A stretch of 62,992 bases of DNA, counting the filler, from Octopus bimaculoides (taxonomy: Eukaryota): NCBI RefSeq assembly GCF_001194135.2. It is 5 parts of 5 records of this genome, joined end to end, with 100 filler letters (N's around TTAATTAATTAA, not from the genome) between each part and the next. Parts side by side here need not be neighbours in the genome. Positions count along the whole stretch, not along the records: positions 19,420 to 45,982 come from NC_068988.1; positions 46,083 to 61,281 come from NC_068986.1; 3 more parts are not named here. One strand, written 5' to 3'. Shown here in pieces: positions 38,290 to 49,486 of the stretch. The notes below the pieces were generated by a model. The model was given only the letters and a program-made list of their open reading frames with translations, was not told the DNA's origin and did no database searches. Position numbers and translations under genes: made by a program. Each line of letters opens with the position of its first letter. The first letter of the stretch is position 1.

Positions 38290-38523
38290 AGCTGCTTATA
38301 ATTAAATCACACATGTGATTGAAGTTAACTGTTTATATATAAATCACACACGTGACTGAATATCATAATTTCTTATGAGAGATCGAAAATGCCCCGTGGA
38401 AGACAGGCTGCACAACAACTTATTGTTCCTCGAAACGAAATCCTCACTCGTCAATTAACATTAGAAGAATATTGGAATATTAATGAATTATATTATAATA
38501 TTAATTGACGAGTGAAGATTTCG

Positions 38524-38556
<33 letters not shown>

Positions 38557-38712
38557 TGTACACACGAGCACTATATACAACAATTTCTTTCATATCAACT
38601 GTACTTTTTAGGACGAAACTAAATATTCTAAGGCTTAGTTAGGTACTCAACTATTTCAACTAACATTCTAACAAAAGCAATAATATAAAATCGAAATTTT
38701 AATATCCTTGAG

Positions 38713-39156
38713 GGATCTATTTTAAAACGGGGGCGCCAGTATTTTCTTAACGAAACACTTTGAAACTTGGGACACTGGTAGAATGTGTCATATAAAACAT
38801 CTTTTACTCTTAGTCTTCTTAACAAAAAAAAGGAATTCGCAAGTTATTCCATGTTAAAGTTGTCGTATTTCTGTAATTTCAACCAATCACTGACGTCTAT
38901 TCAGCTCAATAGAGTTACTGCTGGGCGGTCATAAAAATGTTATTCCCTGTGACATATTTCATCCGGTTTAATCGTAATTTATACGCATATATTGTTTATA
39001 TAACAATTTTTTACATGACATAAATTCGAATACAAAAATATTTTTCTGTTCTATAACACAAAATAGATAAGTATACGAAGTTTGAAAGTCTTTCCGTACC
39101 AAAAGCACTACATAAAACATAGATGAAAACTGGCGCCCCCGTTTTAAAATAGATCC
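38713..39156. mobile_element. Non-autonomous DNA-transposon-like element with a 27-bp perfect inverted repeat
   Basis: GGATCTATTTTAAAACGGGGGCGCCAG at 38713-38739 and its reverse complement at 39130-39156; true outer ends and TSD not resolved. Confidence 0.6.
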
Positions 39157-40972
39157 TCTTTGAGTAGGATAATGAGGCGAGCTGATAGAATCGTTACCGC
39201 ACCGGGCAAAATGCTAAATAGCATTTCGTCCATCTTTACTTTCTGAGTTCAAATGACGTAGAGGTCGATTTGCCTTTCATCCCTTCAGGGTAGATAAAAT
39301 AAGTACCATTTGAGAGCTGGGGTCGATGTAATCAGCCTGTGCCCCCCACCCTCCCCCCGAAATTGCTGGTCTTGTGCTAAAATTTGAAACCAATATATTT
39401 GAGCAGGGGATGGCAGAACTAGTAGTATTTGCAGAAATGCCTTATACTATTGATTAAGGTCCCTTTGTATTGTGAATTCAAATTATACCAAATCATGTAT
39501 AACTGATGACTTACAGTACAGTGCCAAAATGGAATACTTCGCAAATTTCTATCCGTTCACATTATGAGTACAAACTACAAGTAGATTTAGTCTTTCATCA
39601 CCGACTAATTAATGAAATACGTACCAATAATTCACTAGGTAAAATCTTTTAACTATTCTCCTCAATTTTCAGAAATTAACCCTGTAATCAATGTTTGTCT
39701 ACATCATCATTATTAATCATTTAACGTCTGCTTTCCATGGCTTGGACAGTTCAACAGGATCTGGCAAGCTGTAAGGATGCACTGAGCGCCAATATTTTCT
39801 TTGGTAAAGCTTTTATGACTGGATGCCCTTCCTAACACCAACTACTTTACAGAGTATATTGAGTACACTTTTTGTGTTTTATGTCAGCAGCACTCGTGAG
39901 GTTGTCAGATAACTTGCAAGATAGAAATAGAACGGGAAAAGGAAACAGAAAAGCTCCCACTCTAAAGCGGGGAGAGAAGTATTTGAGAGGGAAAGACGGA
40001 TGTGGGTGTTGGCATGCATACAGACAGACAGTATAAGATGTGGATTCTGAGAATCGTTTGGCTATCGCAGAAAGCTCCTATTACAGACTCGGCTCTGAGT
40101 CCAAGTAGTACATATATACTCATTTCTCAAGCCTTTCGACTATACGTTTTATACATGTTACTAACACACACACACACACGCACGCGCGCATGCATGCATA
40201 CAGTCAAACAAACAAAACTATCTGAACATTAATTATATTAGATGTAGTACATTCCCTGAGATATATTCTATATTCTGAGTTCAGATCTCATCTTGGTTAA
40301 TTTTGCCTTCGTTATTTCATGATCAATACAATAAAGCGAAGTAACATACTATATCAAATATATTGTGGCAAAGTACAATCGACCATAAGTTCTCGTTTTA
40401 ATAAGAAATTGATTTTGTGTGTAGTTATGACAACCATTATACCATAAGGTGATGGAAATAGTAGATACATCACATACTTCTCTTTCTCCTANNNNNNNNN
40501 NTATTAACTGATAAAATCCATCTAGATGCTTCAGTCCCATTCTACTCGTTTTTATTTTTCGTTATTACAGGGATAATAGCTGTCCAATAACACATAGAAA
40601 TTGACCCCATCATCTCCTGACTGAAATGGACGACGTTTGAAGGAAATATCGTCTTAAACTATTGCGTAATATTTTGAAGAGGTAATAACTGATTTACTAA
40701 TACAAAGGACGTGAGTTCGAATCTTGTTTCTTAGTATCGTTCTGGGTCAACCGGGTGGACGTCCCATATTTTCATTCCTCTTAGTGATTTATAATTTGAT
40801 TGCAATGTGTCCAAATCGATATATCAGCTATAATTATATCATACGATCTCTACAATATTTATATCAATAAAGAGATTGCAAACTTCGGGTTTAAAGGTTC
40901 GTTGACGAATAAGAAAAAGGTGTGTGAAGAGTCTTTCAAAGTAACTGAAAAATAAGCAATGTCGATACAGAC

Positions 40973-41068
40973 CTTTTTGTCAGGAGATATATTTATCACA
41001 TTAGGGACAAAATTAGAAGTTGGTTTAATTCGGCACCATACTCGGACTTTGTTGGTACTGCTCCCCAT
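40973..41068 (-). CDS. KIF9: Kinesin-like protein KIF9, coding exon 1 (MGSSTNKVRVWCRIKPTSNFVPNVINISPDKK)
   Basis: ATG at 41068; 96 nt; GT donor at 40972-40971; resembles the KIF9 N-terminus (human MGTRKKVHAFVRVKPTDDF..DDKR) and joins exon 2 in phase 0. Confidence 0.92.
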
Positions 41069-41109
41069 TATTAGACAACGGACAGCATATAATATTTAGA
41101 AGCGTAACC

Positions 41110-41155
41110 GTTGCTAGGCAGCAACTTTATCACTTCCGGTTAATTGATTTCCGGT
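41110..41155. promoter_or_regulatory. KIF9 proximal promoter: RFX X-box-like palindrome plus two ETS-type CCGGAA sites
   Basis: GTTGCTAGGCAGCAAC at 41110-41125, about 40 nt upstream of the ATG; CACTTCCGGT at 41131-41140 and ATTTCCGGT at 41147-41155. Confidence 0.6.
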
Positions 41156-42456
41156 TACTAAGAAAAAACAAGACTGTTTATATTTATCCCGACGTTGTTG
41201 TGTAATGTCTGTAACGAATAGGTGCTGTCTTTTCGGAAATTATTCTCTTTATCTGCTTTCTTCTGATGTTTTATTGAGCGGAGTTTTGAAATAACCGCCC
41301 CTCGAATTTCGTTATATAAAAAGAAAAGAATAGTTTAAATTACTATTCGGGAAAAATGTCCCAAATATTTCACTATTTGCCTACCCTTCTATTTCAGTAA
41401 CTTGTAACTATTCCAAAACACTGCCTTCTATTGCATATGACTTTCTTAATCTAAGCAGAGGTTTATATTTTACCATTTTTGATCGAGAGAGAGTTCTTAT
41501 TAGTTATTCTTCAATATGTGGCCGAGAGAGAGTTTTTAGTAGATCACATCCTATGTTTTTGAAAATTAAAGAAGTTTCCTCTTACTGTACACAAACATTA
41601 GAACTACCTTCATTTTTATTTTTATGTTTGTTAGACTAGGGTTTTGTGATTTTTTAATTCAAATCACAGTGGACCTTGGGTTGACAACATCAGCTTTACT
41701 TACATGAACCATCTTGATTTTAATGTTATCCTATATCACGGTCCGTTTTTCCTTTTTTTCTTTTCTTTTTTATTTGTTAATTTTGGCAAATAGCTTGTTT
41801 TGTTTGCTTCATTTTTTGCCTCTTTTATGAGACTCCATCGTGAAGTAAAATGATGTGAATTATTTCGAACTGTTGTTTTAAATTTGCTTCTCTTTTTGAT
41901 TTTTTTCGATCTGTTAGATTTTTTTGTCTAGTTTTGTTGTTTTAGAGCATCAACAACAACGCTCATCGTAATTGCTGGCAGGTTAAATAGAGCTTAAAAT
42001 GAAGCTCTTGTCACAAAAGTGAAAGTAAACAAAGTATTTGAGAAAAAAAAGGCGCTGGTGGGGTGGGGGGCAATTCATCCTGTATCATAAAATTGTTTTA
42101 CTAAAGATGAAACTGATATAAAAATGTTCCTCCTAGCATTGTCTAATTCAGAGGTTCTCAACGTGGGTGGTACCGGCCCCAAGGGGGCACTGAACACGTT
42201 GAAGGCTTTAAGAGGCCGTGTGGTAACATAATTAACATACTAAATTTTATATATAGTATTTATTATACTATGCATGATAAAACTAGTAATACAGTTCTAT
42301 ATTTGAGAGATGAGAAATTACGTACATTATTTACAATTGACGGATATTTGTCATCTTGTTTGTTTTTAAAACAACGTTTCAGATGTCTTGTGGAAATTTC
42401 GAACCTGGGTTCTCATTCCTAAGGTATTTTTCGATGTTGTTGTTGTTGTTGTTGTC

Positions 42457-42517
<61 letters not shown>

Positions 42518-42520
<3 letters not shown>

Positions 42521-42637
42521 TCACTGCCTGGAATCGAGCTCAGAATCTTGGGATTAGTAGCCCACGCTGTTAACCACTACAGGCATATGGCGTAGTGGTT
42601 TAGAACGCGGGCTACTAACCCCAAGATTCTGAGTTCG
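42518..42637. mobile_element. Short tRNA-derived SINE with (AAT)n tail, present as an inverted head-to-head pair
   Basis: GGCATATGGCGTAGTGGTT..GGGCTACTAACCCCAAGATTCTGAGTTCG; left copy on the minus strand with its tail at about 42450-42517. Confidence 0.7.
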
Positions 42638-44227
42638 NNNNNNNNNNNNNNNNNNNNNNNNNNNNNNNNNNNNNNNNNNNNNNNNNNNNNNNNNNNNNNN
42701 NNNNNNNNNNNNNNNNNNNNNNNNNNNNNNNNNNNNNNNNNNNNNNNNNNNNNNNNNNNNNNNNNNNNNNNNNNNNNNNNNNNNNNNNNNNNNNNNNNNN
42801 NNNNNNNNNNNNNNNNNNNNNNNNNNNNNNNNNNNNNNNNNNNNNNNNNNNNNNNNNNNNNNNNNNNNNNNNNNNNNNNNNNNNNNNNNNNNNNNNNNNN
42901 NNNNNNNNNNNNNNNNNNNNNNNNTGTAAATAATGTAAATAAAAACTAGTAATGTTTATTAAAATAAAATGAGATCTTATCCGGCACCGTGAAGTCATTA
43001 ACTTGCAATGTCTAAAGTAAATTTACTTCTTTTGTCTTTATTATTGTTTTAATCCTTTCACTGCTAAAAGCTTACACAACCTATTTTTAGAGTAAAATCT
43101 ATAAATTATCATCCATGTTAAGTTAGTTTGGTCGATATCTCACTCACCACTTAGGTGGGCGCTAGGCATAACAACTACTTAAAAGGAGGGCGCTGCGAAA
43201 AAAAAAAAAAAGTTAAGAGCCACTAGTTTCACTGTATGTATGTGCGCGCGCCTGTATTCATGCGTGTAGTGGTGGCGGCGGAGGGGGGAAATGTACTAGT
43301 TAACCGCCAGCTATTCGTAAGAAAAAATATCTTTGAACGAGTTTTTGGATGACGGTTTGGTCAATTCTGCTTCTCATTGCAGAATTTGGCGATCTTTGTT
43401 TCTTTCCTTTTCTTTTTGCTCTGCATAACTGTGGTTAAAATATACGAAATAGATTTGGGTGTCCCAAGTAAGTGAAACGAATATGTAAATCTTTTAAATG
43501 TTATTATTGCAGATTTCTCTGTTCTGAGTTCAAATTCCGCCGAGGTCGGCTTTGCTTTTTATTCTTTCGGGGTCAATGAAATAAGTACCAGTTGAGCACT
43601 GGGATCGATGTAATTGACTTCCCACTCCCCTGAAATTGCTGGCCTTGTGCCAAAATGTGAAACCATTATTACAGACTTCTCTTTTTAATTGCTGAAGAAT
43701 CTAAATCGCCCAGAAATTGTCAATGTTTTACTCCCCAGGCCATCTTTGATCAAATGACATGATTAAAGGTGTTTCAACTGTAATTGTTACGTCGTTTTGT
43801 ATATATTGGATTACACAGTCTCTCATAACACTGGTCAACAAGTATTTTTCATCGAGCATATGTAAAGGTGCACCGAATATAGTTTTCAATGCTGATTTCA
43901 AATATACGATTAGTTTATTGACATCACGTACAGTTTTCAAGATGAGAAAGTTTTTTTGGTTTTAGCTCATGCATTATATAGAAATTCCAAATAATGATGT
44001 GTATGCATGTATTTCATTCACAACATGGAAACATACCTTTAAAATACCCTACATTGTTCATTGCTGCATAGTTCAGATACAATATTTCATCATCTTAAAT
44101 TAACCAATCAAGGTTTGTCTGATGAAATAGGTATTTCAATATCTCAAATTGTCCAGTCATAATTGGTCTGATGAAATACTTCATCTCAAATTTAATATGA
44201 GTATAACCACTTGTTCTTATTTCCTTA

Positions 44228-45104
44228 TTTGTTTTACAGTGTTAACAATGTCAAGACAGTGTAGTAATCGCCCTGGTGTGTTTTATCATGACAGAGGACA
44301 ATTTATCGTGAAAGCTCAAACACGTACAATAACACCAGAGATCAAGAAGATTTATAAGCTATACTTTGACTGTCCTCTTGTAGATCAGGACAAGTTATGG
44401 GCACCACATTTAATTTGCTCAGCTTGCTCAAATGGCTTACTTGACTGGTTCAGTAATAAAAAGAAGTCCATGTCTTTTGCCATTCCAATAATACGGAGGG
44501 AGCCGAAAGACCATTTTAATGACTGTTATTTGTGTTTATTCTATGAAGAATAAACACAAAATTTTGTATCCCAATTTGGATTCTACAATGAGACTTGTGC
44601 CCCACAATGGCAGTCTGCCAATTCCAGTTCCACTGGATGATGGTATTGAAACATCAGATGATGATGCTGACTGTCACGATAGTGCTGCTAAGGAAGATTA
44701 CCTGGCTGATGACGATAGCTTTAAACCTCAGAAATTTTCCCAAGCTGAACTGAATGACCTTGTCAGGGACCTGTCCCTCTCAAAAGATAAAGCAGAACTG
44801 TTAACAGCAAGACTGAAGGAGAAGTATCTGCTAAAGCACGGTGTTCGTATAACTTATTTTCGACAGAGAAATGTGGTTCTACAAACGTGTTTTTTTGTTG
44901 AAGGCCTGCTTTGCTTTTGCGGTAACATCGATGGACTTTTCGAATGTTTATCACACAATCATGATCCTGCAGAGTGGCGTTTGTTTATTGACTCTTCAAA
45001 ACGAAGTTTAAAAGCTGTACTTCGCCATAATGGTAATTTGAGGTCCTCCATTCCTATTGCACACTCAGTTCATCTTCATGAATCATATGAGAATATGGAA
45101 TTTT
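44228..45104 (+). pseudogene. Frameshifted, 3'-truncated DNA-transposon transposase of a widespread animal family (superfamily uncertain)
   Basis: MSRQCSNRP..DQDKLWAPHLICSAC..REPKDHFNDCYLC, ELNDLVRDLSLSKDKAELLTARLKEK, EWRLFIDSSKRSLKAVLRHNGN..SIPIAHSVHLHESYEN; cut by a tRNA-derived SINE at about 45105. Confidence 0.8.
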
Positions 45105-45572
45105 ACTTCGCCCAGTCTGAGATTCGAACCCACGATCTCTCAACCGCGAGTCCGCTGCTCTAACCTTTAGGTCATGTGCCTCCACATCATGTATGTTTAG
45201 TATTAAAAAAAGATACAAAACCAGAAACGGATCGTTGGAGAGGACACCATGGTGAATGCCGTTTCCTACAGAATTACAAATCCGTCTTTATGTAGATTCG
45301 TTGTTATTCGCGTTGGTTTTATCAACGTGATGTAGACTTACGAAGCCAACTAATTAAAAGCAGCTTTCAATAGACTATACGATACCAATGAAGTCTGATT
45401 GGCAGAAACCGTAGGGCGGTGAGCTGGCAGAAACGTTAGCACGCCGGGCGAAATGCTTAGCGGTATTTCATCTGCCGTTACGTTCTGAGTTCAAATTCCG
45501 CCGAGGTCGACTTTGCCTTTCATCCTTTCGGGGTCGATAAATTAAGTGCCAGTCACGCACTGGGGTTGATGT

Positions 45573-45967
45573 TGTAGTGACGCCTTAATAGCAGACATTC
45601 CGGAAAGCTTATCCACGCATGCGCAGGGACTAGTTCCGGAAGGAATACAAGAAGAGTCTCGTGCGCATACGTGGTCATTCGACATCCAAGTTTCGCACCC
45701 TTATTCATTCTCTCTTTTCTCGCCGGCCGGCGGAGAGCTCAGACGTACAAGCAGTCTGTCTCCAACATTCCAACTCTGGAGACAGCTCTTTCCAACATTC
45801 CAACTCTGGAGTTAGACAAATAACCACTCAACATCAATGACGGCGTCTCAGCAACCAAAGGGCGAAGTGCTGCCTATTTCCTCTGTAAATAAATATTGTT
45901 GTGTTGATAGTTCAGAATCTGCGTTCCGTTGTTTCTTCAGAATTTAATGTACGGAAGCGGGTATACA
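45573..45967 (+). mobile_element. Probable LTR inserted into a SINE
   Basis: TG...CA ends, AATAAA near 45888, GC-richer than the flanks, interrupts the SINE at GGGGTTGATGT; internal 21-bp direct repeat; adjacent to a gap, so no TSD is visible. Confidence 0.45.
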
Positions 45968-46082
45968 CCTAATGGTGTATACNNNNNNNNNNNNNNNNNN
46001 NNNNNNNNNNNNNNNNNNNNNNNNNNTTAATTAATTAANNNNNNNNNNNNNNNNNNNNNNNNNNNNNNNNNNNNNNNNNNNN

Positions 46083-46122
<40 letters not shown>

Positions 46123-47539
46123 CTGGAACAAAAACGCAATAGAGTACAATAAAACATTCGGACACATAGACGATACAAAGGCAGACAAGAGAAACAACAA
46201 TTAGGACAGGCCAAACAATAAAAAGAGACACGTGCGCGTTTGTATGTATATATCTATGTATATGCCAACACGCCTACACCCGTACATACACAAGAACGTA
46301 CTCACGCACATACACACACATAAACTTGTATTAAATGAATGTATTCACTTCTCCATATATTTCATTTGAAGCTACCTATTCCTCTATCATTGATTTCTCG
46401 TTTATCACTTTTCCAATCGATACCATTATTAGTATTATTAATTCTGTTGTTGTTATCTTGATTTTCATTAAGCACTATTTCTCTATTTCCCCACCCGTCT
46501 CTCACTCTCTAAATTTCTGCGACTCTACAACCCCCTCCATACACACACACACACACACTCTGTCTATCTATCCTTATAGTTACCGTTTTATCTCTTTTAT
46601 CGTCAGATATTCGTTTGATAACCAGCAAGTCAGGAATGTAAATGTTTTATTGAACGTGACAATATTCCAGAAAATGTATCACTTAAATTGACAAATAAAC
46701 TCGGAATTGTTCACTATCCTTCCAATTAATGATTTAAATTAGTAAATTACACCTCATCTACTGCAATTCGTACAAGCCTTCCATTTTTTTTATCCCCTTT
46801 CGCTTCTCTTTCCCTTGTCTCCCTTTCTGTCTCTGTTATTACCACCACATACACAAACACATATACACTCACTCCTTCTGTCTCACTCTCTCATTTACTC
46901 TCTCTTTCCCTCTCCCTCTTTCGTTCTTACTAATACTGCTTCTCAAGCATTCTTTACAAATCGATGCATATTGTTTGTTTTGCTTCGTTTTTTTTTTTGT
47001 TTTGTTTTTAGCATTTTCTCGCATTAAAATTCTGCTTACTGTTCATTAAGTTCTCTCCCAAATATAATTAAGGAGGGAAAGAGAGAGAGAGAGGGTAAAG
47101 AGAGAGAGGGGGAAAGAGAGAGAGGAGGAGAAAGTCGAGGAAAGCAAATAGGAAGAGGACGAGAACGTGAGTGAGATTGAGAGGTCGACGTGAAAAGTAT
47201 GTTGGTAATGGTGATAGAAAAATATATACATTGATAGAAATACTCTTTCGTAGGAATGTAAGCAAATAATATATATATATATCTAACATAAATAATACAC
47301 ACACACACACACATATATATATAACATAAATCATACATATATATAATAAAAATAATATATATATACATATATACATACGTATGTGTACATACTTACATCT
47401 ATACGTATATACGTATGCATATGTGAGCACAGGACATCACGAAACAAAACCTACGAATTACGAGTACATGGAATATGAACTATTTTGGGGAACAACGAAA
47501 GGCACAAATGGAAAACAAGACAAAGAACACAAAGAATGA

Positions 47540-47945
47540 CCTGTGTGGTAAGTAGCTTGCATACGAACCACATGGTTCCGGGTTCAATCTCACTGTGTGG
47601 CATCTTGGGTAAGTGTCTTCTACTATAGCCTCGGGCCGACCAAAGCCTTCCGAGTGGATTTAGTAGATGGAAACTGAAAGACGCCCGTCGTATATATGTA
47701 TAACTATGTGTATGTATGTGTGCGTATATGTTTGGTTGTGTCTGTGTTATGCCCCCAACATCGCTTGACAACCGATGCTGGTGTGTTTACGTCTCCATAA
47801 CTCAGCGGTTCGGCAAAAAGACCGATAGAATAAGTACTAGGCTTACAAAGAATAAGTCCTCGGGTCGATTTGCTCGACTAAAGGCGGTGCTCCAGCATGG
47901 CCACAGTCAAATGACTGAAAGAAGTAAATGAGTAAAAGAGTTAAA
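47540..47945 (+). mobile_element. CORE-domain tRNA-derived SINE (octopus OK/OR-type), near full length
   Basis: ..CATGGTTCCGGGTTCAATCTCACTGTGTGGCATCTTGGGTAAGTGTCTTCTACTATAGCC.. (CORE-like), internal (TA/TG)n, tail ..GACTGAAAGAAGTAAATGAGTAAAAGAG. Related copies at about 90-250, 3460-3780, 7660-7990 (-), 24270-24480, 27770-28145, 30292-30690 (-), 30950-31080 (-) and 57420-57720 (-). Confidence 0.8.
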
Positions 47946-48133
47946 GAAATTTTTAGTAAGGGGAGATAACCCAATTTTTTAATGGGGGTGAGATAAAAAG
48001 TACCAATTCGTGGTACGTTAAATACTGTTTCGATTGAATACCAATTCACTAATAATATTCTAGCCATGTTATACAAGCATCACTAACACAAAATGACGCC
48101 AGATGTAGTTAAAACTTTTCAAACTCGTTACAA

Positions 48134-48447
48134 GACGAAGTAGTTGTATGCTGTCACCTTAATGTGACAGTCCCCTGAAGGGAATAATACTATTGTTGGT
48201 TAAACCTAGGAAGATGCACCGCTTCCTGTCGGTCTTGACACATTTCCTGTGTCTTTATGTTTACAGGGAGGAGACAAGCACCTTGTAAACATAAGGACAC
48301 AGGAAATGTGTCAAGGCTGATAGGAACCGGTGCAGCTTTTAGGTCTAACCAACAGTAGTATTATTCCCTTCAAGGGACTGTCACATTAAGTTGACAGTAT
48401 ACAACTACTTCATCGTATCACTACTGCATAAATCTCTCTGAGAGATT
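48134..48447. repeat. Long fold-back hairpin element, copy 1 (arms of about 130 bp plus a small terminal hairpin)
   Basis: 48134-48414 is a near-perfect inverted repeat around a short loop; AATCTCTC-T-GAGAGATT at 48431-48447. Confidence 0.85.
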
Positions 48448-49185
48448 TAGAAATGTGTTATGTCTAAATTCGTTACAAGACGTTTACCAAACCAGAACAG
48501 CTTTCCATAAAAGAGAACTGGATTAATTGCAACTTAACGAGTACGAAAAAATTGGAGTAAGAAAGAATACCTTGAAATTATGAATAGTGGCGGAACACGC
48601 AAATTTCTTTTAAAATCTACTTTCGTCCATCTCCCATTAAACTCAAAGTGCACTGCGATGTACATTGTGACGAAAGCCGAACACTGGCAATCCATTACGA
48701 TATAGAGGCCATATACATACCTGGAGAGTTGGCATTTCGATAAGTCTATAATTTAGAACAAACTATGAACTGTAAAACCTACTTTGATATTTAGAAGAAG
48801 ATGCCTATTTATATGATCAGCGATAACCGCACTATATTCTAAGTTGCCAGAAAGAAAACGACGGGTTAAAGCTATTAATGTTAGTGTATCGGGTAAATAG
48901 TGAAGTTATGCAGATCTGAATCCCATTCAAAATGCAGAAAATATTTTCAGAGCACATTGCAGCTTATGACGCTTCGTCAATTTCGAGTCTAAAAAGGACG
49001 ACATTGCATGGTTTGACACAGATATATTCATGTCCTTATTGCACACAGGCGGCTAAGCATAAAGGGCACAAACAAGGACAGACAAATTACATCGAACCCA
49101 GTGAATAACTGGTACTTATATAATCGACTCCGACAGATATATTGTGTTCTAAAGCTTGCTTGACTTCATTGCTACCACGAAGGAG

Positions 49186-49486
49186 TGACAGTCCCCTTAA
49201 TGTGACAGTCCCTTGAAGGGAATAATACTACTGTTGGTTAGACCTAGGAAGCTGCACCGTTTCATGTCGGCCTTAACACATTTCCTGTGTCCTTATGTTT
49301 ACAAGGGGGAGACAAGCACCTTGTAAACATAAGGACACAGGAAATGTCTCAAGGCCGACAGGAAGGGGTGCAGCTCTCTAGATCTAACCAACAGTAGTAT
49401 TATTCCCTTCAGGTGACTGTCACATTAAGTTGACAGCACACAACTACTTCATCGTATCACTACTGCATAAATCTCTCTGAGAGATT
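49186..49486. repeat. Long fold-back hairpin element, copy 2 (same orientation as copy 1, left end shorter)
   Basis: Closely similar to 48150-48447, including the asymmetric right extension. Confidence 0.85.

Noticed and set aside
21248-41068. Alternative assignment as KIF6
   Set aside because: VNNQxxDWxFKLDGVLH, LFDLLSTLP, GETNRII and QQIEET match KIF9 better than KIF6 (NNKRESYKFKF, YDLLDP, GDTNRMI).
43728-43940. 70-aa minus-strand ORF of ordinary composition
   Set aside because: No ATG, no splice acceptor upstream, and no recognisable motif.
45105-45182. tRNA-like sequences here and at 29031-29100, 34800-34850 and 42518-42637
   Set aside because: Acceptor and anticodon stems do not pair properly and they continue into SINE bodies or tails; they are SINE heads, not tRNA genes.
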